Shown here piece by piece: positions 40,501-52,834 of a stretch of DNA of 64,000 bases. This DNA is from Octopus sinensis (taxonomy: Eukaryota). Both the position numbers and the translations under genes were made by a program. The stretch spans positions 17,050,001 through 17,114,000 of the forward strand of contig NC_043005.1 in assembly GCF_006345805.1 (NCBI RefSeq). The letters are read 5' to 3'. The first letter of the stretch is position 1. Each line of letters starts with the position of its first letter. The notes under the pieces were generated by a model. That model was not told the origin of the DNA. It saw only the letters and a program-made list of their open reading frames with translations, and searched no databases.

Positions 40501-43500
40501 GAGCAGTGCTTTTCAACCTTTTTGCTGGAGCGGAACCCCAAGGAAACATTCCACTGGCTCGAGGAACCTCTGTGCAATAATTTAATAGTCTTATGCACAC
40601 ATATCTGCACAGGAGAATTAAAAATTACAGCCTATTTTAGCAGTTTTGTAACTTCTTGCGGAACCCCTGGACTGTACTGGCGGAACCCTAAGGTTCCGCG
40701 GAACCCTGGTTGAAAACCACTGCACTAGAGTAAAGCTAGGTATGATAATACAGTAGATAGTTGGAATTTACAAAACAAAAAAAAAAAATAAGACGAAGAC
40801 GGGTGTGTAAACAACAAACAGATGTATTAGTTTAATGCTCAGGAAAGTGAGAAAGTTCTTTACGTTATGAGCCTATGCTCTTCAACAGACAGGAATACAG
40901 AAATAAGCAGAGAGAGAAAATAAAAAAAAGGTTTAGTGGCTAGCGATCAATCAGGAGAGCTAGGAAGAAGGGGAGATAAAAAAAGTAGTAGTGATCCCAA
41001 AATGAAGGTGCATGTGCGTGTGGATAGGGCCTGGTGACCTTGACATGTGTGTGTGTGTGTGCATGTGTAGGTGTGTGGATGATGGTGTGGGTGCTAGGAA
41101 GTGGTCAGTGCTAGTGTAGTACAATACCCTTAACCACCCAGCTGGGAACCCAATATGTTAACCACCCAGCTGGAACCCCCAATATGTTAACCATTCAGCT
41201 GGTACTGTTTTTGTAGAGCTGATTGCAACACTATAATATAGAAGTGTTGGCCATGGCATCACAATGCAATTGATTGTACAGCAGAGTAGAGATGGCCATA
41301 ACAGTACAGGAAAGCTGGCTCTGAGGAATTCTTTATGATAGTATAATACAGTAAATGCCATTATAACAATACAATAGGCATATCTTTAAAAATGGTGATT
41401 TATACAAAACTAGAAACAAAAAAGATGCTTGTATTGGATTTGAATGAAAATCCCCTGCTGTAGTTCAATACCCTTAACCACCCAGCTGGTAGCCCAATAT
41501 GTTAACCACTCAGCTGGTTGTCTAACCACCCAGGTGGTACTGTTTTTGTTTCTGTTCTGCTCCCCAACCACTGAAACAGAATCTCCCACAAAAACCATAA
41601 AATTTCAAACCTTACCTTGAAATTCAAGTTTTTCATATTTATATTCTTTCTCATCAAGCAGCAGTCTATAATTAGTCTGCTCGTTAATTTCAATTTCAAT
41701 TATTTCTGATATGCCTTTCATTTTCATAGCTATCCCAGTAAACACCGTGGCATTTTGTAGTTTACCTGTGATTCAAAACAAACAAACAATTACACAACAT
41801 ATTTTCATGTGGCCATCAATATTGTATCATTATGTAAATACATTATATTTTAGTAAATAAATTTCAGTTATTTATGGTTGGTATTTTTGGAAGGTTAGTT
41901 GTTTCTAATTTATTGGTAAATAACAATGAAATCATGGGTTTGATCCTCACTCCAAGCTATCAGATAGCTACCCATGAGTTTTGCTTTCCCAGCAAGACTA
42001 AATACATATGAATGTGTCTGTATATTTATTAATTAAGAAATGAAATGGTGTTAACATGTTGAATGCAGCGATCATCAAAGATGTGTGGTGAGGAAAACAA
42101 TATTGGTTATTGACTGATAGTGTTTTACATTTCAGATAAATATGAGACAACTCTTGCTATATTTCAGCCTTATCATGATCTTGTTAATGAAGCAGAGTCT
42201 TCATTGTACTTCATGAGAGAATCACTAAATAAATGTACAACACAATTTTACACTGACGAATGATCAACACATTCCAGCATACAATTCAAGCTGGACCAAT
42301 CTACAACACAATTTAAGCATCATTGACTTCAGTAAGAAGGAAAAATTGTAGAGTATTCCAAGGCTATTTCATTAGCTTCACATGCCAAGTTCAACTCCAC
42401 AAGTCTAACATCAGTATGGTCACACAACCTGAAAGAAATAACAGCAAAATTTCCCTCAAATCATACTTTATTGTCTTAAAGTAAAAAAAAAAAAATCTTT
42501 GGATAATAAAATCCAAAATATACAAGATTAGATGGACAGGACAGTAATCTTTGGTCATAAGTCTACTCAACCAACGTTAACTCAGGGTTAAACTACCACT
42601 TTAACTTTGGAATGAGATGAACTCCACTAAGCCAACTTGCGCTTCCTAATCGATGGAGAAGTAGTGTTCAGTGATGTATAATCTACTGCACTATTAGTCT
42701 CAGCATCAAAATTTTCTTTCTCCCATTCACCACAGAGACCTTGAGTTTGCTAAAAATCCAGAAAGAATTTTCCAGTTCACCAGAATACACAGCTCTGGTA
42801 TTTATCATATGTTTCTGAAGTGTTAATTGAACAGATGGAGATTAACTTTTATATCACAGATAGGAAACTGGACTGTCGTCAATAACTTTTCCCATACAAT
42901 GAATTGAACTCAGTACAGCAAGTCAATAAAGTAGAGAGATGGTACATTTACAGTAATGAATCATCTCACCCTGTGGTGCCTATATACAGCCAAGTGGACT
43001 GGGTTGTATGTAGTTTGGTCATTGATTGATCCTTCTTGAGTCCCTTAGACTCATAAGGCTGGCTTCCTGCTTTTTGTGGCATGTATATCCCCGACAGGAC
43101 AGGACATTGTCTGTTGCAGGATCACTCATGTTTACCAGTTGAGTGGACTGGAGTAACATGAAATGAAGTGTTTTACTCAAGAACACTGGCTGGTCAAGGA
43201 ATCGAAACCACAATTTTACAATCATGAGTCCAACACCCCTGACCACTAAGCCACGTGCATCCACGGTTAATCATTGATACAATACAGTAAACTCTATCAT
43301 TCTGTGGGCTGTCGATGGTTAAATGACTTAATCACTGACACAGCACAATGAACTACAAAGCTTTGTACTTACTTAATCTACTCACTCTCTACAAATGCAG
43401 AGGCCAACACTGACCTCTGACCTCTATTGTTCTCAACTCCGGACTGTCTTTTCTGCTTCATTTTCTCCCTTAAGTTTCACCATCATCAGTTCTTCAGCAA

Positions 43501-46500
43501 CTTTGCTTTATTTTTTTTTTTCCTAACTAGCAAGTGCTGGCCTGACACAAACCCATTTTACCTCCGGGAAGAGGTGGTCCATATTTGTCTGGCCTCTATC
43601 CTTTGACCTGTCCAGCATGGGAGGCCCTTCCTGGAGCTTGTGCTCCGCTGGCATAGCTCTCAGGGTCACTGAGGCACACAAGCCACCACACCGCAACAAG
43701 GACTGGACCTTGTGGTGGGACGAAAATTTTGCGGTACCTACTAACAGCTTGATAGCTGTGTCATGGCCAGTGATATAACTGAGTGGTATCTACGTACAGC
43801 CAGGCAGACTGAGAGTCGACAGTTACATGATCTGTTCAATAATACAGCAAATGCTGCTTAGATGATTTAACCCTTTAGTATTTAAACCGGCCATATCCGG
43901 CCAAAATATTTAATCTGTTTTATGTTCAAACTGACCAGATCCAGGCCCTCACACCTACCCTACAATGTTATTCTACATTAAGTAGTTACACCATCAAAAT
44001 CTTGAAGATATGAGATAATGCATGATTAATTCAAATCAATGGGAATCAATAAGTATTATGTTTGATAGAATAATCTGAACACTAAAGAGTTAAACCAGAT
44101 ATTTTGGCTGGTAGTTTTGGTCAGCTATTGTATCTCCAAGAGAAAGGGGTAAATTCTATTAATTTGTGAATTTAAAACATTGTTTCAATCAATGGTTCTC
44201 AACAAGGGTTCATATGCTTCCAAGGGCCATATGGAACCCATATAGGCCTCAGTTTTCATCATCATCGTCATCGTTTAATGTGTGTTTTCCACGCTGGCAA
44301 GGGTTGGACGGTTTGACTGAGGTCTGGCAAGCCACAAGGCTGCACCAGGCTCCAGTCTGATCTGTCAAGGTTTCTACAGCTGGATGCCCTTCCTAATGCC
44401 AGCCACTCCGAGAGTGTAGTGGGGACTTTTTATGTGCCACAAGCACAAGGGCCAGTCAGGTGGTACTGGCATCGATCACACTGAAATGGTGCTTTTTATG
44501 TGCAACCAGCATGGGGAGCCAGTCAGGTGGCACAGGCAGTGATCATGCTCAAATAGTGCTTTTTACATGCCACCAGTACAGGAGCCAGTCAGGTGGTACT
44601 GGCATCAACCACACCGAAATGGTGCTTTTTATGAGCAACCAGCATGGGGAGCCAGTCAGGTGGCACAGGCAGTGATCATGCTCAAATGGTGTTTTTTATG
44701 TGCCACTGGCATGGGTGCCAGTCAGGTGGCACTAGCATCTATCAAGACAATGATTTAGTTATGTTGTTAAAATTTATTTGCAATAAACAGGTTATATTTC
44801 TACAATGCACAAAATGTTTAAACAATTCTTTTATCCAATTCCTAATAAAATTTAAACTCCTTTACTTGTTTCAGTCATTCGACTGCGGCCATGCTGGAGC
44901 ACTACCTTTAGTCGAACAAATCGACCCCAGGACTTATTTATTATAAGCCTAGTACTTATTCTGTTAGTCTCTTTTGCCAAATCGCTAAGTTACAGAGACA
45001 TAAACGCACCAGCATCGGTTGTCAAGCAATGATGGAGGTACAAACAAACACACATGTATACATACATATATATATATATGTAAATATATATGTATATATG
45101 CAAGGTTTCTTTTCAGTTTCCATCTACCAAATCCATTCACAAGGCTTTGGTTAGCCTGAGGCTATAGTGGGACTGAACCCGGAACCATGAGGTTGGTAAG
45201 CAAGCTACTTACCACACAGCCAAGAATTTAATAGATTTTAGACACTAAATGACTGTGCCTCCAGCACTCTAGAGTAAAATATAAATAAAATGGGTCATTA
45301 GATAAAAAAAAAATGGTTGAGAACCACTGGTTTAAATCATCATGTCTAATATAAAAAAAAAATGTATGTTACGTTAATAATTTCAATTCCTTCAGTTATC
45401 ATCTCACTCCATCCTTAATTTCCTAATTAAGAAGTAAACAGAGGTCACCCCATTCACCCTTGATATTAGGATACAAGACAACTGCTGACCTCAGGTCGCA
45501 CAGGTCAACACTGGATCACTCCAATCAGTCACCACCACACCATTGGTTGATGACGGACGTAAAATGACTTTAACCCTTTCATTACCGTATTTATATTTGG
45601 AGGTGTTCTGTGTTTCTTTCAATTGATTTTAAATATAACAAAGAATTTAGTAAAATAACTTGGTTATCATTAAACTAGTGTTAGGAACATAAATTGTGAC
45701 TGAGGTTTACTCTTTTACTCTCTTTACTTGTTTCAGTCATTTGACTGCGGCCATGCTGGAGCACCGCCTTTAGTCGAGCAAATCGACCCCGGGACTTATT
45801 CTTTGTAAGCCCAGTACTTATTTTATCGGTCTATCTTGCCGAACCGCTAAGTGACGGGGACGTAAACACACCAGCATCGGTTGTCAAGCAGTGCTAGGGG
45901 GACAAACACAGACACACAAACATATACACACACACAGTCGTATATATATACATATATACGACAGGCTTCTTTCAGTTTCCGTCTACCAAATCCACTCACA
46001 AGGCATTGGTTGGCCTGGGGCTATAGCAGAAGACACTTGCCCAAGATGCCACGCAGTGGGACTGAACCCGGAACCATGTGGTTGGTTAGCAAGCTACTTA
46101 CCACACAGCCACTCCTGCGCCTATGGTGGAAGATTTTAATTCAAAACTTATGAAAAGAAGACCTTTGTACTACAGAGCCAGAGGTGGTTTCAGCCGGGTT
46201 GGTATCGAAAGGGTTAACAATCAGACACTGGTTTTTTAAAAAAGTAGGACACATAAGGATAATGTAATCCTAGATACATTTCTCCAGAGAAATAAGATGG
46301 AGAGTCATGGCTATATCTCTTTCAAACAGATCAGTGGAATCAGAACTGACCTCAGGTCAAACAACAAAAAGAAAGAACACATCGGTAGTCCTAGAAACGT
46401 GTCAGGACGATGAAAGATGATATGGTCCCAACAGTGAAACATCTCACAAGAGAGCTGCTGGATTAAGGCTGGCCGAGGGCTAAATACCAACCATAATTAT

Positions 46501-46946
46501 TAATGCTTTCTATCAATGAAACAGACATCAAATTGAATATAAACAAACCAGATATACTAACCATCAATATCAAGAGCTTGGTCAGCTCTCACTTGGATCA
46601 CAACAGATTTGCTTTTGTCCTGCAGCAGAATGAACTCACCCAGACCATTAAATGTATACTTCTTGCCATCTAACGTTACCAGGTGAGGGTCACCAGCTGC
46701 CTGTGCTGAAAACGGAACAAAATTTTACTGAGATTCTTCTTCTGAATTTATAAACAAAAATTGGTTTCAGATTTAGGAAGACAATGCTTGCAATTTTGAG
46801 GGGAAGGGTTACTCATACTGATTGACCCAGAAAGGATAAAAAGCAAAGCTGTCTCGAGTGGGATTTAAAATCAGAACATAGAGAACTGCAACAAATACCA
46901 CAAGGCATTTTTTCCAAAGTACTTAATATTTCTGCCAATCTATCAT

Positions 46947-46989
<43 letters not shown>

Positions 46990-49900
46990 CAACAGCAACA
47001 ACATTTTCTAAATCAGTTACAAAGACACACATCTTCGGCAGGTAGGTATTGACAATAAAATAAAATTAAAAATGCGCCCTTTTAAAGCCAAGCCAGGCTC
47101 ATGGGCCCGGTTACCCGGTTTCAATGGCGTATGTGTTCCCCAGCTGGACGGGACACCAGTCCATTGCAGCATTACTCATTTTTGCCAGCTGAGTGGACTG
47201 GAGTAACGTGAAATGAAGTGTTTTGCTCAAGAACACAACACGTCGCCCGGTCCAGGAATCGAAACCACAATCTTATGATCATGATGCTGACACCCTAACC
47301 ACTAAGCCACACGCTTCCACACACAGGTATTGACAATACTGAACCTAATATGATAACAGACAATGTTGACCTTGATGCGATTTGAACTCATAATGTAAAG
47401 AGATCAACTTCATAACTGAATAAAGTCACTTAGTCCAGTAAACTACTAATGTGTCTAACACTCACCGTCTTTAATAATACAAAAAGAAAGAAAGATAAAT
47501 ACTGTACACAGTATTGTAAAGGATCATAGCTAGTGTGAGATTTAACATGTGCAACAATTGCAAAGGAATTAATTGAATGTTGTTCATGGTTAGAAAAGGT
47601 GAGGTACAAGAATGCTTTTTCCTTGGTATATTCTAATTAACATTGCGTTTAGAATTATATGAAGGGGTGCTATGAAGTTCCTGGTTTTAAGGGTATCGTG
47701 AAAGGCCTTGATTGAAGACCCAGCCTTCCAAGTTCTTTTACAGGGCTAAGGAAAACGGAAGGACCATTGCAATAAGTGAGTGAATCTGAGAGGGGAATAT
47801 CTCTATATATATAAACGGCAGTTTGTCTGTCTGTGTGTCTGTCAGGTTGTACCCTCACCCTGACCACAGCTTTCAACCGATTCTGATGAAACTTGACACA
47901 CACATAGCCCAATGTCAGAATTCAAAACTAACGCAGCAAAAATTTTGAAAAGTTCCCCCAGTTCTGAAAATAATCAATAAATTCGACATGGGGTCGAGAA
48001 TCTAAGCTTTTTATATGCGACACATTTTCTGTCGGGAGACAGCTAGGAACATCGTATACATAGAAGTATTCAAGTGAAGAGAAGACATGGCAACCTACAC
48101 ATGCGCCTTCGTTCCCTAGAGGGAAAGAACTAGATTGGGATTAGTCGTTGCCTACTAGGGGCTCTTACATACCCGGGCAACGCCGGGCTATGCTGCTAGT
48201 GTTGGATAAAATCATAATCAACTGATCCTCCTGTATCTTCTTTTACCCAGAGCCAGGAACTTTTCGGCACCCCTTGTATGTTATGTGAACATTCAGTCTC
48301 AGCAAACATGCAACTTGAATTGTCTGACTGCAACATTAACCGCAGAGACATTTAATGAATGTAAACAAGAAAGACCACAATATCATCATAAAACTATTTA
48401 CTTTCCTTCCCACCTCTCTTCCCAGACCAACAACAGCTTGTACATGTATTTATACACGCACGACACAACATCATCTCCCAATATAATAATGAGTGTAGTG
48501 CTTTTATATATTCGTGTGTGTACTCTCTTTCTCTCTTTACTTGTTTCAGTCATTTGACTGCGGCCATGCTGGAGCACCGCCTTTAGTCGAGCAAATCGAT
48601 CCCGGGACATATTCTTTGTAAGTCCAGTGCTATTCTATCGGTCTCTTTTGCAGAACCGCTAAGTGACGGGGACGTAAACACACCAGCATCGGTTGTCAAG
48701 CAATGCTAGGGGGACAAACACAGACACACAAACATATACACACGCACTTATATATATATATATACATATATACGACAGGCTTCTTTCAGTTTCCGTCTAC
48801 CAAATCCACTCACAAGGCATTGGTTGGTCCGGGGCTATAGCAGAAGACACTTGCCCAAGATGCCACGCAGTGGGACTGAACCCGGAACCATGTGGTTGGT
48901 TAGCAAGCTACTTACCACACAGCCACTCTTGCGCCTATATATATATATATATGTGTGTGTATATATATATATTTGTTCAGAATCAAGCCAGATGCAGAGG
49001 AGGAGGAGAGAAAATAGTGATTCAGTGAAGGAGAAGTAGTGAGAGTAATAGCCCTGACTGAGAGGGAGTGGGAGAAAGTAATAGCAATGAAAGAAAGGAA
49101 AGAGTGATAGATGAATAAGGAAGGAAGGGGTGAAAAAAAAATTAGCATTTCAACTGTGCGTGAGTACATGTGTGTATGTGTGTGCGTGTACAAGGGAAGT
49201 ATGTGAATGTATTTGTGATTATTATGTACCTTATTTATATATAAAATCCTACAATTAACCATCATTATTGACGCCACATGGTCAGCCAGTTGCATATATA
49301 AAGCAACTTCTCACTTTAAATTCTGTAAAAAACAAGTCAAAGTTCTTTTAATCATCCAGTGTGATACAGTTTCCACATTTTACAGGATAAGAAAGTGGCT
49401 CTTGTTTATATGAACCTACATCCAATTGACTTAAAAAAACCCAAACACATAGAACATTGTAGCCCAAAGGCAGTGGTTCCCAAAGTGAGCAGTACTGCCT
49501 CCTTGGGGGTCGGTGGAAAGATCCAGCGGGGCATTGATGAAAAGTAGGATGATAATGGGGGTGGCCAAAATGGGGTGATAGATGTAGAAAAAAAAATATA
49601 GGCATAGGAGTGGCTGTGTGGTAAGTAGCTTGGCCACAGTCAAATGACTGAAACAAGTAAAAGAGTAAAAGATAGGCTAGCCATGGGTAGAACATGTTTG
49701 GCCATAGGTTTACTAAATGAAGACTGAAATACGATTAACCGCCGTCACCACCACCACCACCACCACAACTGCCGCACACTATGATATAAACAGCATGAAT
49801 GAGGAAGAAACGATATAAAACAAATGATGTCTGAATCAGCATCTGAACAACTCACCAGGTGACGGAGGATTGTAAGCGTTACATTTGGTAGCAGGTCTCC

Positions 49901-51393
49901 ATCGGAAGAATTTCTGGCACAGTTTCTGTTTTCCTGAGTACATGCAGCAGTGTAAGAATGGGATAATATCTGACTCAAAATGTGTTAAGTGCGGCACGAT
50001 TCCATCTCCCTGAGCTTGGTTGTTATATCGGTAAACATAGCCACAGTCTGAATGAGACTGCCACTCTAGCAAACTGTTGTTTCTGCCACCATAGCAACAC
50101 GATTGGCCGGCATTGGTTGTACTGGAATAGCGACGTGAATATTACAGTTTAGATTATAGTACAGTAGTGTTAGAACAGTTGTAACTTATAGCAGAGTATG
50201 GCACAGTGGTGTATTAGGCACTACAGTAAAACTAAGATCTCCACAGAAGAGTATATATCACAGTAAGTAGAATAATGTTCACAGTAAATACATACTAATA
50301 CAATAGTACCAATAGTATAGAAAACACTGCAGTAAGTACAAAGAATGTTAACTAGTACAGAGGTCCCAATTTATATAAAAAATACACTAAATAAGTACAG
50401 TGATTCCAATTTATATAAAAAGTACACTAAATAAGTACAGTGGTCCCAAGTTATATAAAAGTACACTAAATAAGTACAGTGGTACCAAGTTATATAAAAG
50501 TATACTAAATAAGTACAGTGGTCCCAAGTTATATAAAAAGTACACTAAATAAGTACAGTGGTCCAAAGTTATATAAAAAGTACACTAATGTGCAATCTGA
50601 TCTGGCAAGGTTTCTACAGCTGGATGCCCTTCCTAATGCCAACCACTCCAAGAGTGTAGTGTGTGCTTTTTACATGCCACCGGCATGGGGGCCAATCAAA
50701 CAGTCACACTGGAATGGTGCTTTTTACATGCCACTGGCACGGTAGCCAGTCAAGTGGCACTGGCATCGGTCATGCTGAAATGGTGCTTTTTATGTTCCAC
50801 CGGCACGGGGAGCCAGTCAGGCAGCACTGGTATCGGACATGCTCGAACGGTGCTTTTTCTTGGTTTATTCTTCTACAATACACAAAATATTTTGACACTT
50901 TTTCAAATACAATTTCTAATAATATTTAATTATAAAAATACAATAGTTCCACCCTCCCTAACATTGATGGGGAAAGAGGTCCAGTAGAGTAAAATAGGAA
51001 CCAAAAGGGTTTATAGGCAAGAAGTGGTTGAGCACCACTGATGTAGAGTATTGAACAGAACAAAACAATGTGAGTAGTGATACGAACCTCTTTGAGTTTA
51101 AAATGACACATTCAGTAGCTTTTGGATGATATATACAATTGAGGGCTTTGTTTGGGGAATTAGTATTACAAAGGGGATCTTTTTGATAACGGCTTGTGTC
51201 CCGGCTCGCTTGCCGTAACGCACATGGACACATGTTGGGGTTGATATCTAAATTGGGGTGGTCTTCTGCCAGCCATTTTTCACATCTTTCTTGAGAATTT
51301 TTCTCTCCACCATTAACAGGAAATATGTCAGACCAAAGAGTAACTGGAAAACTGTAATAAAGATAAAGAGATAAATAAATACATGTATGTATG

Positions 51394-51438
<45 letters not shown>

Positions 51439-51686
51439 AAACAAGTCAAAAATAGAAAATGCTAAGATGATTTTATAGTGAATCTTTCAGTACTGGTTTC
51501 GGTCATTTTGAGACCTTTTCAACTGTAACGATTAAATAATTAAATTTAGAAAAATTAGAAGAAAAGTTTTTTTAAAAGAATATTTCTGTAGTAGTGTTCA
51601 GATATAAGTAGCATTCTGCCTTTCTCTGACTCCCTTGTTTGCACTTGTGTGTTCGAGGTCGTTATATATATATGTATATATATATA

Positions 51687-51728
<42 letters not shown>

Positions 51729-51976
51729 ACCGACCAGACCATCAGATGTTGTTACACATCGCTGGTCACAATGCATTTGCAATGTTTTAGCCTTCGAATG
51801 ATGCCACCCCGCTGGCTAAGCGAGCAGGCCAACAGAAGAAAGAGTGGGAGAAAGAGTGGTGAAAGAGTACAGCAGGGATCACCACCCCCTGCCGGAGCCT
51901 TGTGGAGCTTTTAGGTGTTTTCGCTCAATAAACACCCACAACGCCCGATGCCCTAACCACTGGGCCATTGTGCCTC

Positions 51977-52021
<45 letters not shown>

Positions 52022-52802
52022 ATATATTTATTTCTTTATTGCAGACAGGGGAGGGGGCTAAACATAGATGGGGGCAAAGACAGAGAAAGAGATTAAGTCA
52101 AATTACATCGACCGCAGTGTGTAACTGGTACTTATTTAATTGACCCCTCAAAAGATAACAGACAAAGTCAACCTTGGTGGAATGTGAACCCAGATCGTAA
52201 CGACAGACAAAATACAACTAAGCATTCAGCCTGGCGTGCTATCAATTCTTATTTCTTTATTGCCCACAAGGAGCTAAACATAGGAGGGACAAACAAGGAC
52301 AGACAAAGGGATTAAGTCAATTACATCGACCCCAGTGTGTAACTGGTACTTAATTTATCGACCCTGAAAGGATGAAAGGCAAAGTCGACCTCGGTGGAAT
52401 TTGAACACAGATCATAATGGCAGAGAGAATACTGTTAAGCATTTCGCCCGGCGTGCTACCGATTCTGCCAGCTTGCCACCCTTATGTATATAGATATATA
52501 TTATATATCTTTGAGATGTGGTGTTAAATATGTAAATGTACAGCAAATTTGTTATCACATCAACCACAACACGGCTGAATCACAAGTCATGAAATATCCT
52601 CTTTACTTGTTTCAGTCATTTGACTGCTGCCATGCTGGAGCACCACCTTTAATCGAGCAAATCGACCCCCGGGACTTATTCTTGGTAAGCCATATTCTAT
52701 CGGTCTCTTTTGCCGAACCGCTAAGTAACAGGGACATAAATACACCAGCATCGGTTGTCATGCAATGCTAGGGGGACAAACACAGACATGTAAACATACA
52801 TG

Positions 52803-52834
<32 letters not shown>

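Noticed and set aside
50355-50588. CRISPR-like periodic array
   Set aside because: Contiguous 39-bp units with no unique spacers, in a eukaryotic intron.
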